This document shows positions 13,353 to 27,557 of a stretch of DNA of 64,000 bases, one piece after another. Origin of the DNA: Chrysomallon squamiferum (taxonomy: Eukaryota > Animalia > Mollusca); NCBI GenBank assembly GCA_012295275.1, contig CM022675.1, positions 12,338,001 through 12,402,000 of the forward strand, given 5' to 3'. The notes under the pieces are model-generated. The model did no database searches and had not been told where the DNA came from. It saw only the letters and a list, made by a program, of their open reading frames with translations. The translations under genes and the position numbers were made by a program. Positions within the stretch are counted from its first letter, which is position 1; each line of letters starts with the position of its first letter.

Positions 13353-15557
13353 ATGTCTGATATTGTGGGCATTTGGCAAATCCCAGCTAGTGATGGGGTG
13401 CACACAGTTGAGTTTGAACATGGAACCACAACTGGGAAACGTGTCATTCGTGTTGATGGAAAGGTGGGTGTGATCTCTCTTCTGAGATGCTATACTTCGT
13501 AGGGACTTAGATTTGTAAACAAGTTTATTTATGCTGAATTCCCTCTAAAATAGTGTATTGCTATTTTAAGAACAGTTTTTGAAAAACAAGTTTAGATTTA
13601 TTCCCTAAATAAATGTAATTTGAATGGCTGTTTCTGATCAAAGTGAATTTATTAACTGACATGTTATTAGTGAATAATAAAAGACCAGTCAGTGAAACAG
13701 AAGTATTATTAACAGTGTAATGTATAGTGAAGTATTATTAACAGTGTACTGTATAGTGAAGTATTATTAACAGTGTAATGTATAGTGAAGTATTATTAAC
13801 AGTGTACTATATAGTGAAGTATTATTAACAGTAATGTATAGTGAAGTGTTATTAATAGTGTACTGTATAGTTAAGTATTATTAACAGTGTACTGTATAGT
13901 TAAGTATTATTAACAGTGTACTGTATAGTGAAGTATTACTTGATAAAAACATGATAAATATAAGTTTTTGTGATTTCTAAAACAGTAGTTAAAACAGCTC
14001 ACAAAACTCATTAATATTAAAATTAAAAACAACAATAACAAGCAAATCAAAACAAAAAAGCAACATGTGATACTATAATTGTAATGCTTCTTCAATAAAT
14101 TACAACAAATTCAGCTGAAAAAAGATTGTAGTTGAGTTAGCTGTGAATCTTTAAGTTATAGTACCTGATTTTTTTCAATTGTTTTTCAGGAAATATTCAG
14201 AGAGGACTGGATGTTTAAGCTAGTAGGTAAAGAATACTTCACTGTTGGCAAAGCAAAATGTTGTATTACTATTGATGCTGTAAGTGGGTTTGCCTATGAG
14301 TATGAACTGCAAGTTAATGGAAAAAGTTTGCAGAAATTTCGAGAAAACCAGAGCAAGATCATGAAGTCATGGACTCATAATTTAAATGGGACTGACATAA
14401 GAATTGTTTTAGGTGAGATGTATTTGCTTTTTTACTTTTGTGTTTACTTTTTTATTTATTTCTTCTTATAACAGTTTATGTATTTGTTTTAATAATGAGA
14501 AAGTAAATTTTCTCATCTGTCTTTATTTCTGTATACAAATTTAAGTAATAAATGAACCAGTTATTTGATATACTTATGTATATATCTATCTACCCATCTA
14601 TTTTATTTTTTTATATAATTTTATTTATAAAATATTTAATAATTTATTTATTGATATAAAACATGATCAAGAAGCTTGATTTTATTGTAACTGTTTTTAC
14701 ATGACTGTAGATATCATATTTAATATTACAATACTTCATAAGGTGGCTGCATAATTACAACTATTAATGGCACCACTTAAATAAAAAAAAAAAATTATCA
14801 CAGGATAGCATTTTGACTTTTTTTTATATCAGCACATTTTGTTGTTTCAGAAAAAGACACACTAGATGTTTGGGTAAATGGAGACAAAGTAGAAACTGCA
14901 GTAAGTACTGAAATAAAAAAAAAGTAAGACAAGATATGCTGAAATAAGATGAACTGTCAAAAACTGAATATGTAATTAATTGACAAATTATGTTAACAGC
15001 TGTTAAAAAATAATAATAATAAATCAAAATACATAAAATACACAACTATTTTTGTTTATTATACTATTGCCTTTTTGTATAATTCCAAAATACACATTAA
15101 AATGTTATTAAACAAAACATATTTTCCACATTTTTATGTAACAGTAAATATAAAGGTAAATGTAAAAATGATTTTAAATGAAAAGTTAATATTCCAAACA
15201 TACTTTACCATTTTATGTAACTCTAAGACTTACACTGAAATAGTTTTTAAATGAAAACGTTATTATAAAAATATACTTTTGCCTTTATATATAACTCTAG
15301 GAGCTCAATGAAATTGTTTTTACTTTGTATGTAATTTTAGAGGTAAATGTTAAAATCGTTTCCATGACAAGTTTATATTTATTAGTACTTAATGTTCAAA
15401 ATTTCAGGGAGCATTCGTGGATGATGGAACAGAGACCCACTTTCAGGTTTTGTCACATGATGCGTACATCAAAGCAACTAGCAGTGGGAAAAGAAAAGTT
15501 GGAATTATTCACAAGCTGTATATTGAGGATGTTGAGATTCCAGAAGCTACAGAATGA
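13353..15557 (+). CDS. FAIM: Fas apoptotic inhibitory molecule (FAIM), copy A, 177 aa
   Basis: Exons 13353-13463 (MSDIVGIW..VEFEHGTTTGKRVIRVDGK), 14190-14412 (DWMFKLVGKEYF..YEYELQVNGKSL), 14851-14900 (EKDTLDVWVNG) and 15408-15557 (FVDDGTETHF..SSGKRKVGIIHKL). Canonical GT-AG introns, 534 nt in total. Probable 5'UTR exon donor AG|GTAAGG at 12662/12663. Confidence 0.95.
13700..13938. repeat. 29-bp minisatellite in a FAIM intron, about 8 copies
   Basis: Unit GAAGTATTATTAACAGTGTAMTGTATAGT. Confidence 0.92.
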
Positions 15558-16008
15558 TGGAGTTAATTAATTGAAGACAACTAACATTTCAGGGATTTTT
15601 CTAAATTGCTGTGCTTATTAGTGTTTGACAAATGTGAATGGGTGATTTATATAAACGAAAAGTAAATTATATATCATATATGACAAACATAAGAAAGTTA
15701 TTTATTATGTCTGATAACAATGAAAGCATGAATTATTTATCAATATATGATGAACATAAGTAAATTATTTATCATATCTGACAAATACATATTAATTATG
15801 TTTTATATATGACAAACATAATAAGTAAATTAGTATAATATCTGACTACATGAATTATTTATCAATATATGACAGACATAAGTAAAATATTTATAAGTAT
15901 ATTATATATAAGTATATAAAAAACAAGTAAATTATTTATCACTATATGAAAAACATACCCCTATTTACCTTTGTTTAAACTATATTTTTATTTTTTACAA
16001 TTATTATC

Positions 16009-16015
16009 ATCATCA

Positions 16016-16095
<80 letters not shown>
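16009..16095. repeat. (ATT)n microsatellite
   Basis: Directly visible. Confidence 0.9.
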
Positions 16096-16540
16096 TTAAA
16101 TATACTTAATTTTTAAAATATAGTTTATCAGTGTGTTAATGATCTTGTTGGTAGGGAAGGAAATATTAACCCTTTCAGCTCTGAGTTTATGATTCTGTCC
16201 ATGAACTCTTGAGTAGACATCTTGTATACCATATTAGGAAGCTGAATTGAAGCAGACATGAAGACTGGTGTAAGATTATAGCTTTATACATCCAGAATTT
16301 ATCTTGAGCTCAGTTCCTGGTTTCCCAGTGCTACAGGCTCAGATGGTCAAAATATTTCCCAGATAAAGTATTATATTTGTTAAAATAATATCTGATTAAT
16401 GTAATTTCTGTTAACTGAACATGTTTTCAAAGATTCAGTCCAAAAAATGTGTGATAGTTGTACATTCCAAGTATTTCAGTCAGTTTTGGTTTTTGTAATT
16501 TTTGACATCTGAAATACTTATTATTTATCTCTATACTTAT

Positions 16541-16543
<3 letters not shown>

Positions 16544-16633
<90 letters not shown>

Positions 16634-16662
16634 ATATATATATAGATAGATAGATAGATAGA
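16544..16662. repeat. Compound (TC)n/(TA)n/(TAGA)n microsatellite
   Basis: Directly visible. Confidence 0.9.
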
Positions 16663-17289
16663 ATGTATGTGTATGTGTACATGCACAAGAACATATACAT
16701 ATTTTAATAAATACATTTATATAATTATATGCAATGATTGTGACTGGTAACTACTATTTTGAAAGAAATTACTATTTACATAGTAATGATATCAGTTAAA
16801 AAAAATTATTTTCTTTAAGTTTGAGAAATTTGATTTAAAATGTTTAGCTTTTTGCTGAGGGATGGAAACATAAAATAAATGTTATCTATCAAATTAGTAA
16901 ATAGAGTTGTTTTAGCTAAGACTCTGACAAAGACTGGTCAGTAAGTGTAATATAAGTTATCTTGTTACTACTTCTACCTACCAAAATAAGTCATTTAACC
17001 ATTCCTTTATCTGTTATGTAGTATTGTTTTGAAATCTTCAACCATCTTTGACATGGATTTTTGGTTCTCAGATATTAGTTTCGTGAGATAGAGTTTGAGT
17101 TAACAAGTTTCCAGAGCAACAGGTAAGCAAAACGTGCAGTCTAAAACGTATTTTCTGGTGTTGATTTAAACAAACACTAGGAGATTATCTTAGATCACTT
17201 TTTCTTGTCACAACTGGTGACATAAGATGCAACAAATGTTTGTATTGTTGTCCTTACCTTACCTTCTTTAGTTAATTGTCCTTCTTTAT

Positions 17290-18010
17290 AACTGTGAATA
17301 CCGTTATTGTTATTTCAGTGTGAATACCACCATTGTTATAACAGTATGAATATCATTGTTATATCAGTATGAGTATTGCTATTGTAATAACTATGAGTAT
17401 CACTATTTTTATAATAGTATGACTATCATTATGTCAGTATGAATATCACCATTGTTGTAACAGTTTGAGTACCACCATTTTAATAACAGTATGAACATCA
17501 TTATTGTTATAACAATATGAATATCACCGCTTTTATAACAGTATGAATATCACTTTTGTAATAAGAGTATGACTATCACCATTATTATTACAGTATGACT
17601 GTCACTATTGTTACTTAGTATGAATATCACTTTTGTTACAGCGGTATGAATATCACCACATTATAACAGTATGACTATCACTATTGTTACTTAGTATGAA
17701 TATCACCACATTATAACAGTATGACTATCACTATTGTTACTTAGTATGAATATCACCACATTATAACAGTATGACTATCACTGTTGTTACTTAATATGAA
17801 TATCACCACATTATAACAGTATGACTATCACTGTTGTTACTTAATATGAATATCACCACATTATAACAGTATGACTATCACTATTGTTACTTAGTATGAA
17901 TATCACCACATTATAACAGTATGACTATCACTATTGTTACTTAATATGAATATCACCATATTATAACAGTATGACTCACTATTGTGATAATAGCAGGAAT
18001 ATAACAATTT
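17290..18010. repeat. Minisatellite of degenerate ~25-bp units grading into a 50-bp higher-order repeat
   Basis: Diverged ATAACAGTATGAATATCAC..TTGTT monomers, followed by near-perfect 50-mers TATCACCACATTATAACAGTATGACTATCACTATTGTTACTTAGTATGAA (about 17650-17975). Confidence 0.9.
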
Positions 18011-18334
18011 TAATAACTGGGAATCACAATTATAATAAGATTTTGTGTGTCACTTATTATCATCTTGATAATGTATATTTTCTGTGTGTTAATTAGAGTG
18101 AGTTAGAAAATATAGTGTATATGTATATAATGAATAACTGGTTACTGTTTTAAGATATCAGCTCACTGCAATTCTAACTTTTGTAGAATAAAGTAGGTAT
18201 ATCACTGATACTGCTCAATATATTAATCAAAATCAAATATTTATTTTATATGCTAAATGTGTGGACTTTGTAAACAATTTAAATCTGCATTCAGTATTCT
18301 TATAATTACTACCTGTCAAAACTGAATAATGAAT

Positions 18335-18377
<43 letters not shown>

Positions 18378-19997
18378 TTCTTTTATATAAATATCCTGTT
18401 TAAATAAATAAGCCTTATTATTTTCTATCAAGCCTGTTGTCAAAATTATTTGGATATTTAAGATATTTTGAAAATGCTATCTTTTCACAGTAGAGAAATA
18501 TTAATTTTAGATACATTTTCATGTTATGTGTATAACAATATCATGTCTTGGAATCTGGTTTATCATTTAAATAAAATATATATATATGCCAGTGTTCATT
18601 GATTCTCATCTGTGATAATAAATGTATTAACCGTCCATAAATCAGTGTTATTTTCATAATAAGTACAGACTGATTTGTAATGTCATTTGTTACATTCTCA
18701 AACATGTTAGATAGGATATATTCTTATACAGATTACACAGAATATGTATATATATACTATTTCCATGCATCATATACAGAATATGTTCATGTGTTATATA
18801 GACGTTTCCCCTGCATGCTATATAGATTTTTCCATGCCTGTTATAAAGACAATCTCCATGCATGTTACAAAGATAAGTTCCATGGACTATTCCCAAGCCT
18901 GTCAATTAGAATATATCCTTGCATGTTATATAGACACTTTCCATATGTGTTACAGTATTTTCTTATCTGTTATAAAGACAATATCACATGTGTTTTACAG
19001 AAACTGCATATACACGTATTATTACATATATGTCTCTACATATACTCTTATACACACTTTGTACATTATTACACAGGTTTCTGTACAGTCTTATGCACAG
19101 TATAATATTCTACGTTTATTATTATACATAATACTTATGCACATTATACAATATTAGATGTATATTCTTTCACATATTGCAGTATATTCTTATGCACATT
19201 ATACTATACTGCATATATTATTACACATTTCAGGACATTTTTATGCACATCATACAACACTCCATGTGGGATAAATATATTTCTGTATAGTCTTAAGCAT
19301 ATATATTATTTCACACAATTATTTTAGTATATTCTTATGCAGGTTATACAATACTAAATGTATATTATTTCACATATTTCAGTACATGTTTATGCACATT
19401 AGACAATACCTCTTCTAGGCTACATTATTAAACATGTTGATTCTTAGGTGTTATGCACTCAATCCTTAGCTAAACAAACATATTATGTTAATGCAGACAA
19501 ACAGTATTTTCACACATGCTTTTTTCATGCATGTTATACAGTCATATATATATATATCTATATATATATATATATATATGTTATAAATTATATTTTGGCA
19601 TCTAAAGACTGTATTTTTTTATATTTTACATATTATATGATACTATTATTTATCCTCTGTTTTCAAGCATGTAATACAAGTTATATTTTCATATACACAT
19701 AATATGCGACTAAATATATTCCTGAAATTGTTTTTTTTTCCCTGTTATATAATGAAATAAAATATAATATTTTATTTAATTATTTACATTTATTATTTTT
19801 AATACACATTATGAACTACTTTATTATTAATAATATTGTAATTATTATAATTATTAGTTTTATTATTACTACTATTACTATTGCTATTGCTACTACTATT
19901 ATTATTGTTTATCACTACAACTACCACTACCACTACTACAACCACTACTACTACTACTACTCATACCATAACAACTATTACTACTACCACTATATTA

Positions 19998-20292
19998 TAG
20001 ACTGAAGATCTCTTATCCAAAAAGTACCAAAAACCTAAACTTTTTCCAAAATGGTGATATTTTACAGTTTGTGGATCATTTTACACACAAAATCTTTTAA
20101 CTCAGGAATTAAATAAATAATATATAAACATCTTGCACACTGTCCATATATGGTATATATGAAATATAAATTGAATTTGTGTTTAAACTTAGATCTTTTC
20201 TCATGATATGTCCTTGTATTCCAAAACAGAAAAAATTGTGAAATCCAAAACATTTCCAATCTCAAACAGTTTGGTTAAAGATCATCAACCTG
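19998..20292. mobile_element. Tc1/mariner (pogo/Tigger-type) MITE remnant
   Basis: The ends TAGACTGAAGATCTCTTATCCAAA and TTTGGTTAAAGATCATCAACCTG|TA are imperfect inverted repeats resembling Tigger-type TIRs, with TA flanks. Confidence 0.6.
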
Positions 20293-20373
20293 TACTACTG
20301 CTTTTATTGTAATTCTTATTACTACTACTAATACAACCTGTACTACTGCTTTTATTGTAATTCTTATTATTAT

Positions 20374-20423
<50 letters not shown>

Positions 20424-20680
20424 ATACTAATACTAATACTAATACTACTAATACTATTACTACTGCTACTACTACTACTACTAATACTAATATTACTAAT
20501 ACTAATACTACTAATACTACTACTACATCTACTACTGCTAATACTAATACTAATACTACTAATACTAATACTACTAATACTACTACTGCTACTACTAATA
20601 CTAATACTAATACTAATACTACTAATACTATTACTACATCTACTACTGCTACTACACTACTGTTAGTACTATTGTTGTTA
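20293..20680. repeat. (ACT)n/(ACTAAT)n low-complexity tract
   Basis: Directly visible; source of the poly-V ORF. Confidence 0.9.
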
Positions 20681-22285
20681 CTGACAGCAATGTATTTATT
20701 TAGCTTTTTCACTGTTGTTATTTTATCACCATCATCATCATCATCTGTTTATGTATCTATCTATAAATATATAGTTGAAAGTTTCTACTGAGTTTTAATT
20801 CATTTATATTTTGTAAAAATTACGTGGTTTTGTGGGATATAGCTTTTTGATATTGTCTAGAAATACCTATCAAAATAATGTAATTAAAACCATGTAAATT
20901 TTTACATTTGTATTTTGTTCTTTCTGTATTAGTATATAAAAATGTTGTTTTTACTTATTTATAGACTTTATTTTATTTTATTTTATTGTATTTTATTTAT
21001 TTATTTTATTGGTGATGGAGATGAAAGGATAGGGCAGAGAAGCATATATCCTTCAAATGTTTTAATGTAGATCTTTGTTTTCATATATATTTTATATGGA
21101 AAAAGTATTTAATGGAAAAGTGAAAACTTATTATGAAAAAATAGTATAATGCATTTGTGAGTATATTTTATGCATTGTAGTAAAATAATTAACATAATAC
21201 TATAGCAGTTAATACATCTGAATAAAATTTTAAATATATATTTACATTGTGTTTTTCTTATTACAAACACCTATATGCACACATACACACCTCCCCCTCC
21301 TCTCTCTCTTTCTCTTTCTCTCTCTCTGTCTCATTCTGTCTCTCCAAAATATTAATGTTTAATATAATAATATAACGTTCATATCGGCAGAAAGTTTTCA
21401 ATATTTCTACGTGATGGAAAAACAATTGCTTATAAATGATTTATTTTAAAGCTATCTGATGAAAACGTGTTTATTTTAACATTAAACACATGTAATAATG
21501 TAAAGAATTTGTTTTTTTTTAAATGATCATTATTAACTGATTAAGATCAAAAGTTTAATTATAACTGACATAATTGTAAAACATAAAACGAAATCTGTAT
21601 TTTCAAATCAGCTGAATGTGCTTTCTATTTCTGGGAGGAAAATAAAAATAACAGCAACCAGCAGACGACGTTTTCAGTTGGGTGTTTACGAAAGTCTTGT
21701 TTTTGTTTCTTTGATTTGATTTGATTTATTTTATTATTACTTTTTATTAATTTATTTATTTATTTAATTTTTTATTTAATTTTTTTTAATACGACTGAAA
21801 GTGAAAAGAAATTTTACTTTATACCAGTGATTTTAACTTACTACGTACGTTGTGTTAAACGAAAATTCACGAATCATGGAATTTCATCCACACATATTTT
21901 TGTTGTTCTTGTTTCGTGGTGTAGTGTTTTTATTTTAATTGTCATTATTAATTAATTAGTTATAGTTTTTGTGTTTTGGTGGGTAGTGTTGTTATTTTAA
22001 TTTTTAAACTAATTTATTAGTGTTATTGTTAGGATAAAGACTATACTATTAGTATTATCAGAAAACTACCAAAAATGTCATATGATCATGATACTCAGTG
22101 GATGTATTTATTTCTTTATCCTTTCATCAAACAGTATTTGGCTGAAAATTATCAAACGATATAAAATTTTGAATATTTATGAAATCATATGGCTACGTCC
22201 CTGTTGTAAACAATGCTATGGCAGTTTTTTTAAAAGCGCTGAGACAACTATATCCGTCTTTTATTTTCTAAACGCTTACTGTGGG

Positions 22286-22345
<60 letters not shown>

Positions 22346-23260
22346 TGATTTATTAATTTATTTATTTATTTGTTAATTCTATTAACAAAAGTGTCAAAAC
22401 TATAATCAAAATTAACCTGCAGTCTCAGGCTTTAAACTATAATTTTAGAATTAACAAACTGAATTTAATTGATATATATTAATATTTAAATTAAAAACTA
22501 AATTAATTATTAATTAAAGTTTAATTATTACAATTTCAACAGTTTATCGCAGAACTTAGAACTATATTCCTTAATGTTGAACTCGCATCTTAAGTAGCGC
22601 GCACCTGGAAATAGAAATTTCTTCCGTTCGCTATCTTGATCTTTGGTTTTCTTGCTGATCTCTTCTCTGATCAAACACAGCTGTTAATTCGAATGAAATA
22701 GCCAACGGATCCTGATAGTTCTACAATTATTTAAAAAGTTAGGATGACAAGCCAAATGCCTGTCGACTAAAAAAAAGACCAAGAGCCCATTGGTACTGGT
22801 CAAAATGTATTCAGCATTCTTCTAAGAGATATTTTATTTCGATTTTGCTGTGAAATTTATTTAATAACGAAGTATAACAACAAAAAGTATAGTTTAAAAA
22901 TATCAAGAGCAACCATTTTTCTGTAGTCGTGAGATCATCGTGTACAAGTTCCTCTCGTTTCTGCTACCTGTCCGACTTAAATCCGATGATGTCACAACTA
23001 CAGCTGTAAAGGGATAAAACGGCCACATTGAAATGTTTTGTAACAGTGTTATTCTTGTGACATAATTTGTTATTAATGATTATGAATTACTTGAACCAAA
23101 TAAAATGATGACATATATATTTATAATTAAATTTGTTTAGATAATTAACTCGTTTCGCCAAGGTAGTTTAACAATATTATCGAGTTACTATTACTTTAAT
23201 TTTAATATTTTGTTTGCATTTGGTGTCAAATGACTAATCTTTACAGATCACTGTTAAAAT

Positions 23261-24672
23261 ATGTCTGACTTGGTAGCTATCTGGCAAATTACAACTAACG
23301 ATGGAATACATATTGTTGAGTTTGAACATGGAACAACCTCAGGAAAACGTATCATTCGCGTGGATGGAGAGGTCATTATCTACTGCTTATACTCATAATT
23401 ATTAATCATTTAAAGCAAATCATTCTTGAAAGTAGTATGTATAAGTTATAATGTAATTAATGCCAAAATATTATTTTGTCAGTCACATACTGACCCACAT
23501 ATGCAAAAATCTATTTATTTGTTTATAGTATTTTAACTTGTAGATAAATTTAATATGTAATTTAAAAACAAAATTATATTTATTTATTATTTATTTATTT
23601 TTAATATACAAGTATTTATTCACTAGGAAATCTACAGAGTTGACTGGATGTTCAAACTTGTGGGTGAAGAGTATTTTCTTGTTGGGAATGCACACTGCTG
23701 TCTAACAATCAATGCTTCTAGTCCTTTTACATATGAATATATTCTTGAAGTGAATGGAAAAAGTTTAGAGAAATTTGAAGAACAGCAAAGCAAAATACTG
23801 AAATCATGGATACCCAAAATAGATGGAGTAAATTTGCGAATAGTTTTAGGTATGGTTCATAAATAAGTAAATAATCAAATCAAACAATGATTTTGAAATT
23901 CAAGAAATAAACTTGAAAATTATGAGAATTACTTTTAGTTCCAAGCGAATAGAAATATCTTAGAGACTTCTGGACAGATAAAATGACTTTTGTTTTTAAA
24001 ACAAAAACAAAAAACTAAAATCTAAATTCTGATATTGTCTCATGAAGTAAATTTTGTGTATTATTTTATTTTTTGTTTTATTTGCATATGATGACCATAA
24101 AATAATCATACATATGCATGCACATAGATTTCAAGCAAAAACGCAAATTAATTGGTTGAATATTTAATGGAGTTTACCAATCTTATCTCTAACAGAAAAG
24201 AGTACACTGGATATCTGGGTCAATGGAGAGATTGTAGACACAAAGGTATAGTAATTATGTAGGAGTAACAGATAGGACAGAACATTTTACACACACACAT
24301 CACACACACGTATGTAGCAATAACATGTACACATACAAGAAAAAAGGACTGTGTTAGAGAAAATCATCTATTAAGCCAAAATTATAGAAGTACTTACAAA
24401 TAAACTGGTCAGAAAATACATTACTACAAATTTCCATGTTTCCTTAAAGACTTAGATGGAAAAATGTATTTATAAAAATTTTTGAAAAGTAGCAGCTACA
24501 ACAGTAATTTTTCTAACTGCAGAATGAATTCATAGATGATGGGTCAGAGACCCACTTTCAAGTTTTGTCACATGATGCGTACATCAAAGCCACCAGCAGT
24601 GGGAACAGAAAAGTTGGAATCATCCACAAACTGTATATTGATAACATAGAAATACCTGAAGCCACAGAATAA
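23261..24672 (+). CDS. FAIM: Fas apoptotic inhibitory molecule (FAIM), copy B, 177 aa
   Basis: Exons 23261-23371, 23627-23849, 24196-24245 and 24523-24672 have the same lengths (111/223/50/150) and phases as copy A. Motifs VEFEHGTTSGKRIIRVDG, DWMFKLVGEEYF and EFIDDGSETHF. Confidence 0.95.
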
Positions 24673-27557
24673 AACTAAATTTGTTAATTTTGGAAATGTA
24701 TTTACACTGTACTTTTTAAGAATCATTGCAATCTTTGATTTAAAAAAAAAAAAAATTACACATTTTTTCTTTCTTGTTTTTATTTTATGAATTATATTGG
24801 AGAGTTACTCAAACAGAGAGAAAATTCATATTTTCAACTGTGAATGTATGATGTAGCTGTCCATGACTTGTGTACATTTTTGCAACTGCATTTGTCTGTG
24901 TATTTTTAAAAATTTTGTAGTTACACACTTTTCTTCACGGTGACATGCATTAAAAATGGTCAAATATTACATTTGTGAATTGCAGGATAGTTCTAACAAA
25001 TAATTACAAGGCCTTATGATCTCTGAAAATAGTTAAATAAATATTTACACTCTATATTGAAGATAGATATTTGAATGGATAGACAGAGAAACAGACTGGA
25101 AAGAGTAACATAGATGAATAGTGTATCTTATTTAACACACATTTTTAAAATCGATACTTAAAGCAGTATGGATTCTTTTAGATAAACCATCCCATAGAGA
25201 GAAAAGCATATTCAATGACTTATAGGGAGAATTAGTTATTATTGAAATGCTGTTAGTTTTAAAAGACAAATTCTGTTTATATATATCTATGTATCTAATC
25301 CAGTAACTTTATAAAAGATGCACAGCAAAATGAATGCAAAATAACCAGAATGATACATTAAAACTAAAGATAAAGATTAATTTTCTGACTTGAAAGAAAC
25401 AACTAATATAATATACAATATAATATATTCAAAGTAATAAACACCATTTTCAAACAATCAAAAGTTGAATGTGATACTAATGCCAGCATATCAAGTCAAA
25501 TTCAGAAGCGAACCACTATTAACAAAGCAAATAATTTATGTGACTGTATCAAAGTATAGGATTTAGAACATTTTGTCAATTTTTCAAATGCTCATGCATG
25601 TGGTTTAACTATCTACAAATACTAAACCAAGTCATTTCCATTTTTTTCACAATGTTTTATTTCCAAAGCAGAACATATTTACAAATACACTGATCTAAGA
25701 AACAATTCCATTAAACATTTTCAAGTTTGTTTTCTACACCATAGTGTCATTTATTATCTTGTTTACTCTTAACTCTGCCAGTTTTTGGTTAGTTAAGATA
25801 TTTGATTTTTAAATTATTAGCATCTTCCGTTTTCAATTCTACATAATTTTATCCATTCTAAATTAGAATTTAAAATTTTTCTATTATGGATTGTTATTTT
25901 AAAGTGGTACTTTTCTAATCTAAACACTGTTATTTCAAGTCATCAGCATTGGGAGATTCATGAGTTTTCAAACATGTTTTAGATATTTACAATCGAAAAC
26001 AACATATTAACAACATGTCAGTGCATGCTTCAAATCCAAATAGGAAAGCTAAATTTTATATTTAATATCAGCTTTCACTTCAAGCTGACAAAATGTATCA
26101 AAAAGAGGCAATTAATTAAACATTTAACAACTATCCAATTTTGTTTTAAAACCATACATGTTGCAGTTTCTATAAATGTATTTTCTGTAAATGATTAACA
26201 TGGAAATTTATTTTTAAATAATGTTATTTTATTTTAAAACTTTTAGAAACAAAATCCTGTCCATTTAAAAAATATATTTGGTGTAATGTAATTAAATGAT
26301 TTAATTAGAAAAAACATAAAATAGTGATAATTCAAAATCCAATCTAATACCAACACCATAACTTTTTTAAGATTATATATTCTTTAGATAACAACTAGTA
26401 ATAGGTAAATATAACAACCAATCCATTATTTAAAAATTTATTAATAAATTTTAAAAATAAACATTGAAATCAACAAAAATACCAAACCATTGTTTAAAAA
26501 CATGAAAATGTATTAAATTTCAAGTTAAAATATAAAGTTTCAACTTTGAAACTTGAATTTCTTAGAAACAATATCCTCATATGCTTTAAATAATAATCAT
26601 AGCCATAAAATGTGGTGATCAGAAATAAGAACACAATCAGATTACACATTTTCTATATCAGCAATGAAAACATAACATATTAAAACTTACTTTGTCATTT
26701 CATTTCTAAGATCGTAGCTGCCCTTTTTCTTTCTTTTTTTAGAATAAAAGTGTATAAAACAATATGATGATGATGAGAGGACGTTAATTAAAGCAGGCTT
26801 GTATAAATTTATTAACTTTGTTATTGATACAGAACCAAAGATATTTGATTAAGAATTTCTCTGAAAACACTGCTGGCAAAGTTATGTTATTGCAAAATAA
26901 AATATTCATGCTAATATTAGACTTTTGTGTTCTTACACAAGAAAAATATATCTAGTCCCAAAAACCAAAAAAATACTGAGGACATTTCTTGGATAATGTA
27001 CCTTTTTCCAGGATAAATTTCATTATTATTATATTACTTTAAGGGAACAATAACTTTCATTCTATTTTACTTTAAATAATAATAAAAAATAACAATGAAA
27101 TTATGTTACTTTATCAGTTCCATGTAATATTTATGCACTTTTCAATGACAGAATACAGACTGGATTTTAAAATTCTGCATGACATGAAAGATAATTTTAT
27201 TTATTTTACTTTAAACAATACAAACTATGTTTCTTCTTTCATTACTTATGAGATGACAGAATACACTTTGGACTTTAAAATCAGACAAAAAATCTAAGAA
27301 CAATCCAGTCACAAATGAGCTGTGTGTTTTGAAACAAACCCACCAAATACAAAAACAACAATTAATACTAATACTTTGCAAGGAATAAAATTTAAAATGG
27401 ATTTTTATCATATGTTTTAAAATCTTATTATTATTCTCCATGTGGTATTAGTTTTCCAGAAATATCATACATTTAAAAAATGAAAAAATAAAAAAATAAA
27501 AATAATAATGGAATGAAATTCAGCTATCATTGATTATTATTGCATGCAAATCTGTTT

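Noticed and set aside
16167-16360. TTAACCCTTT start resembling a piggyBac-like terminus
   Set aside because: No convincing matching right end or TSD.
18680-19420. Cys/Tyr-rich ORFs
   Set aside because: Degenerate AT-rich tandem repeat with no splice structure or recognisable domain.
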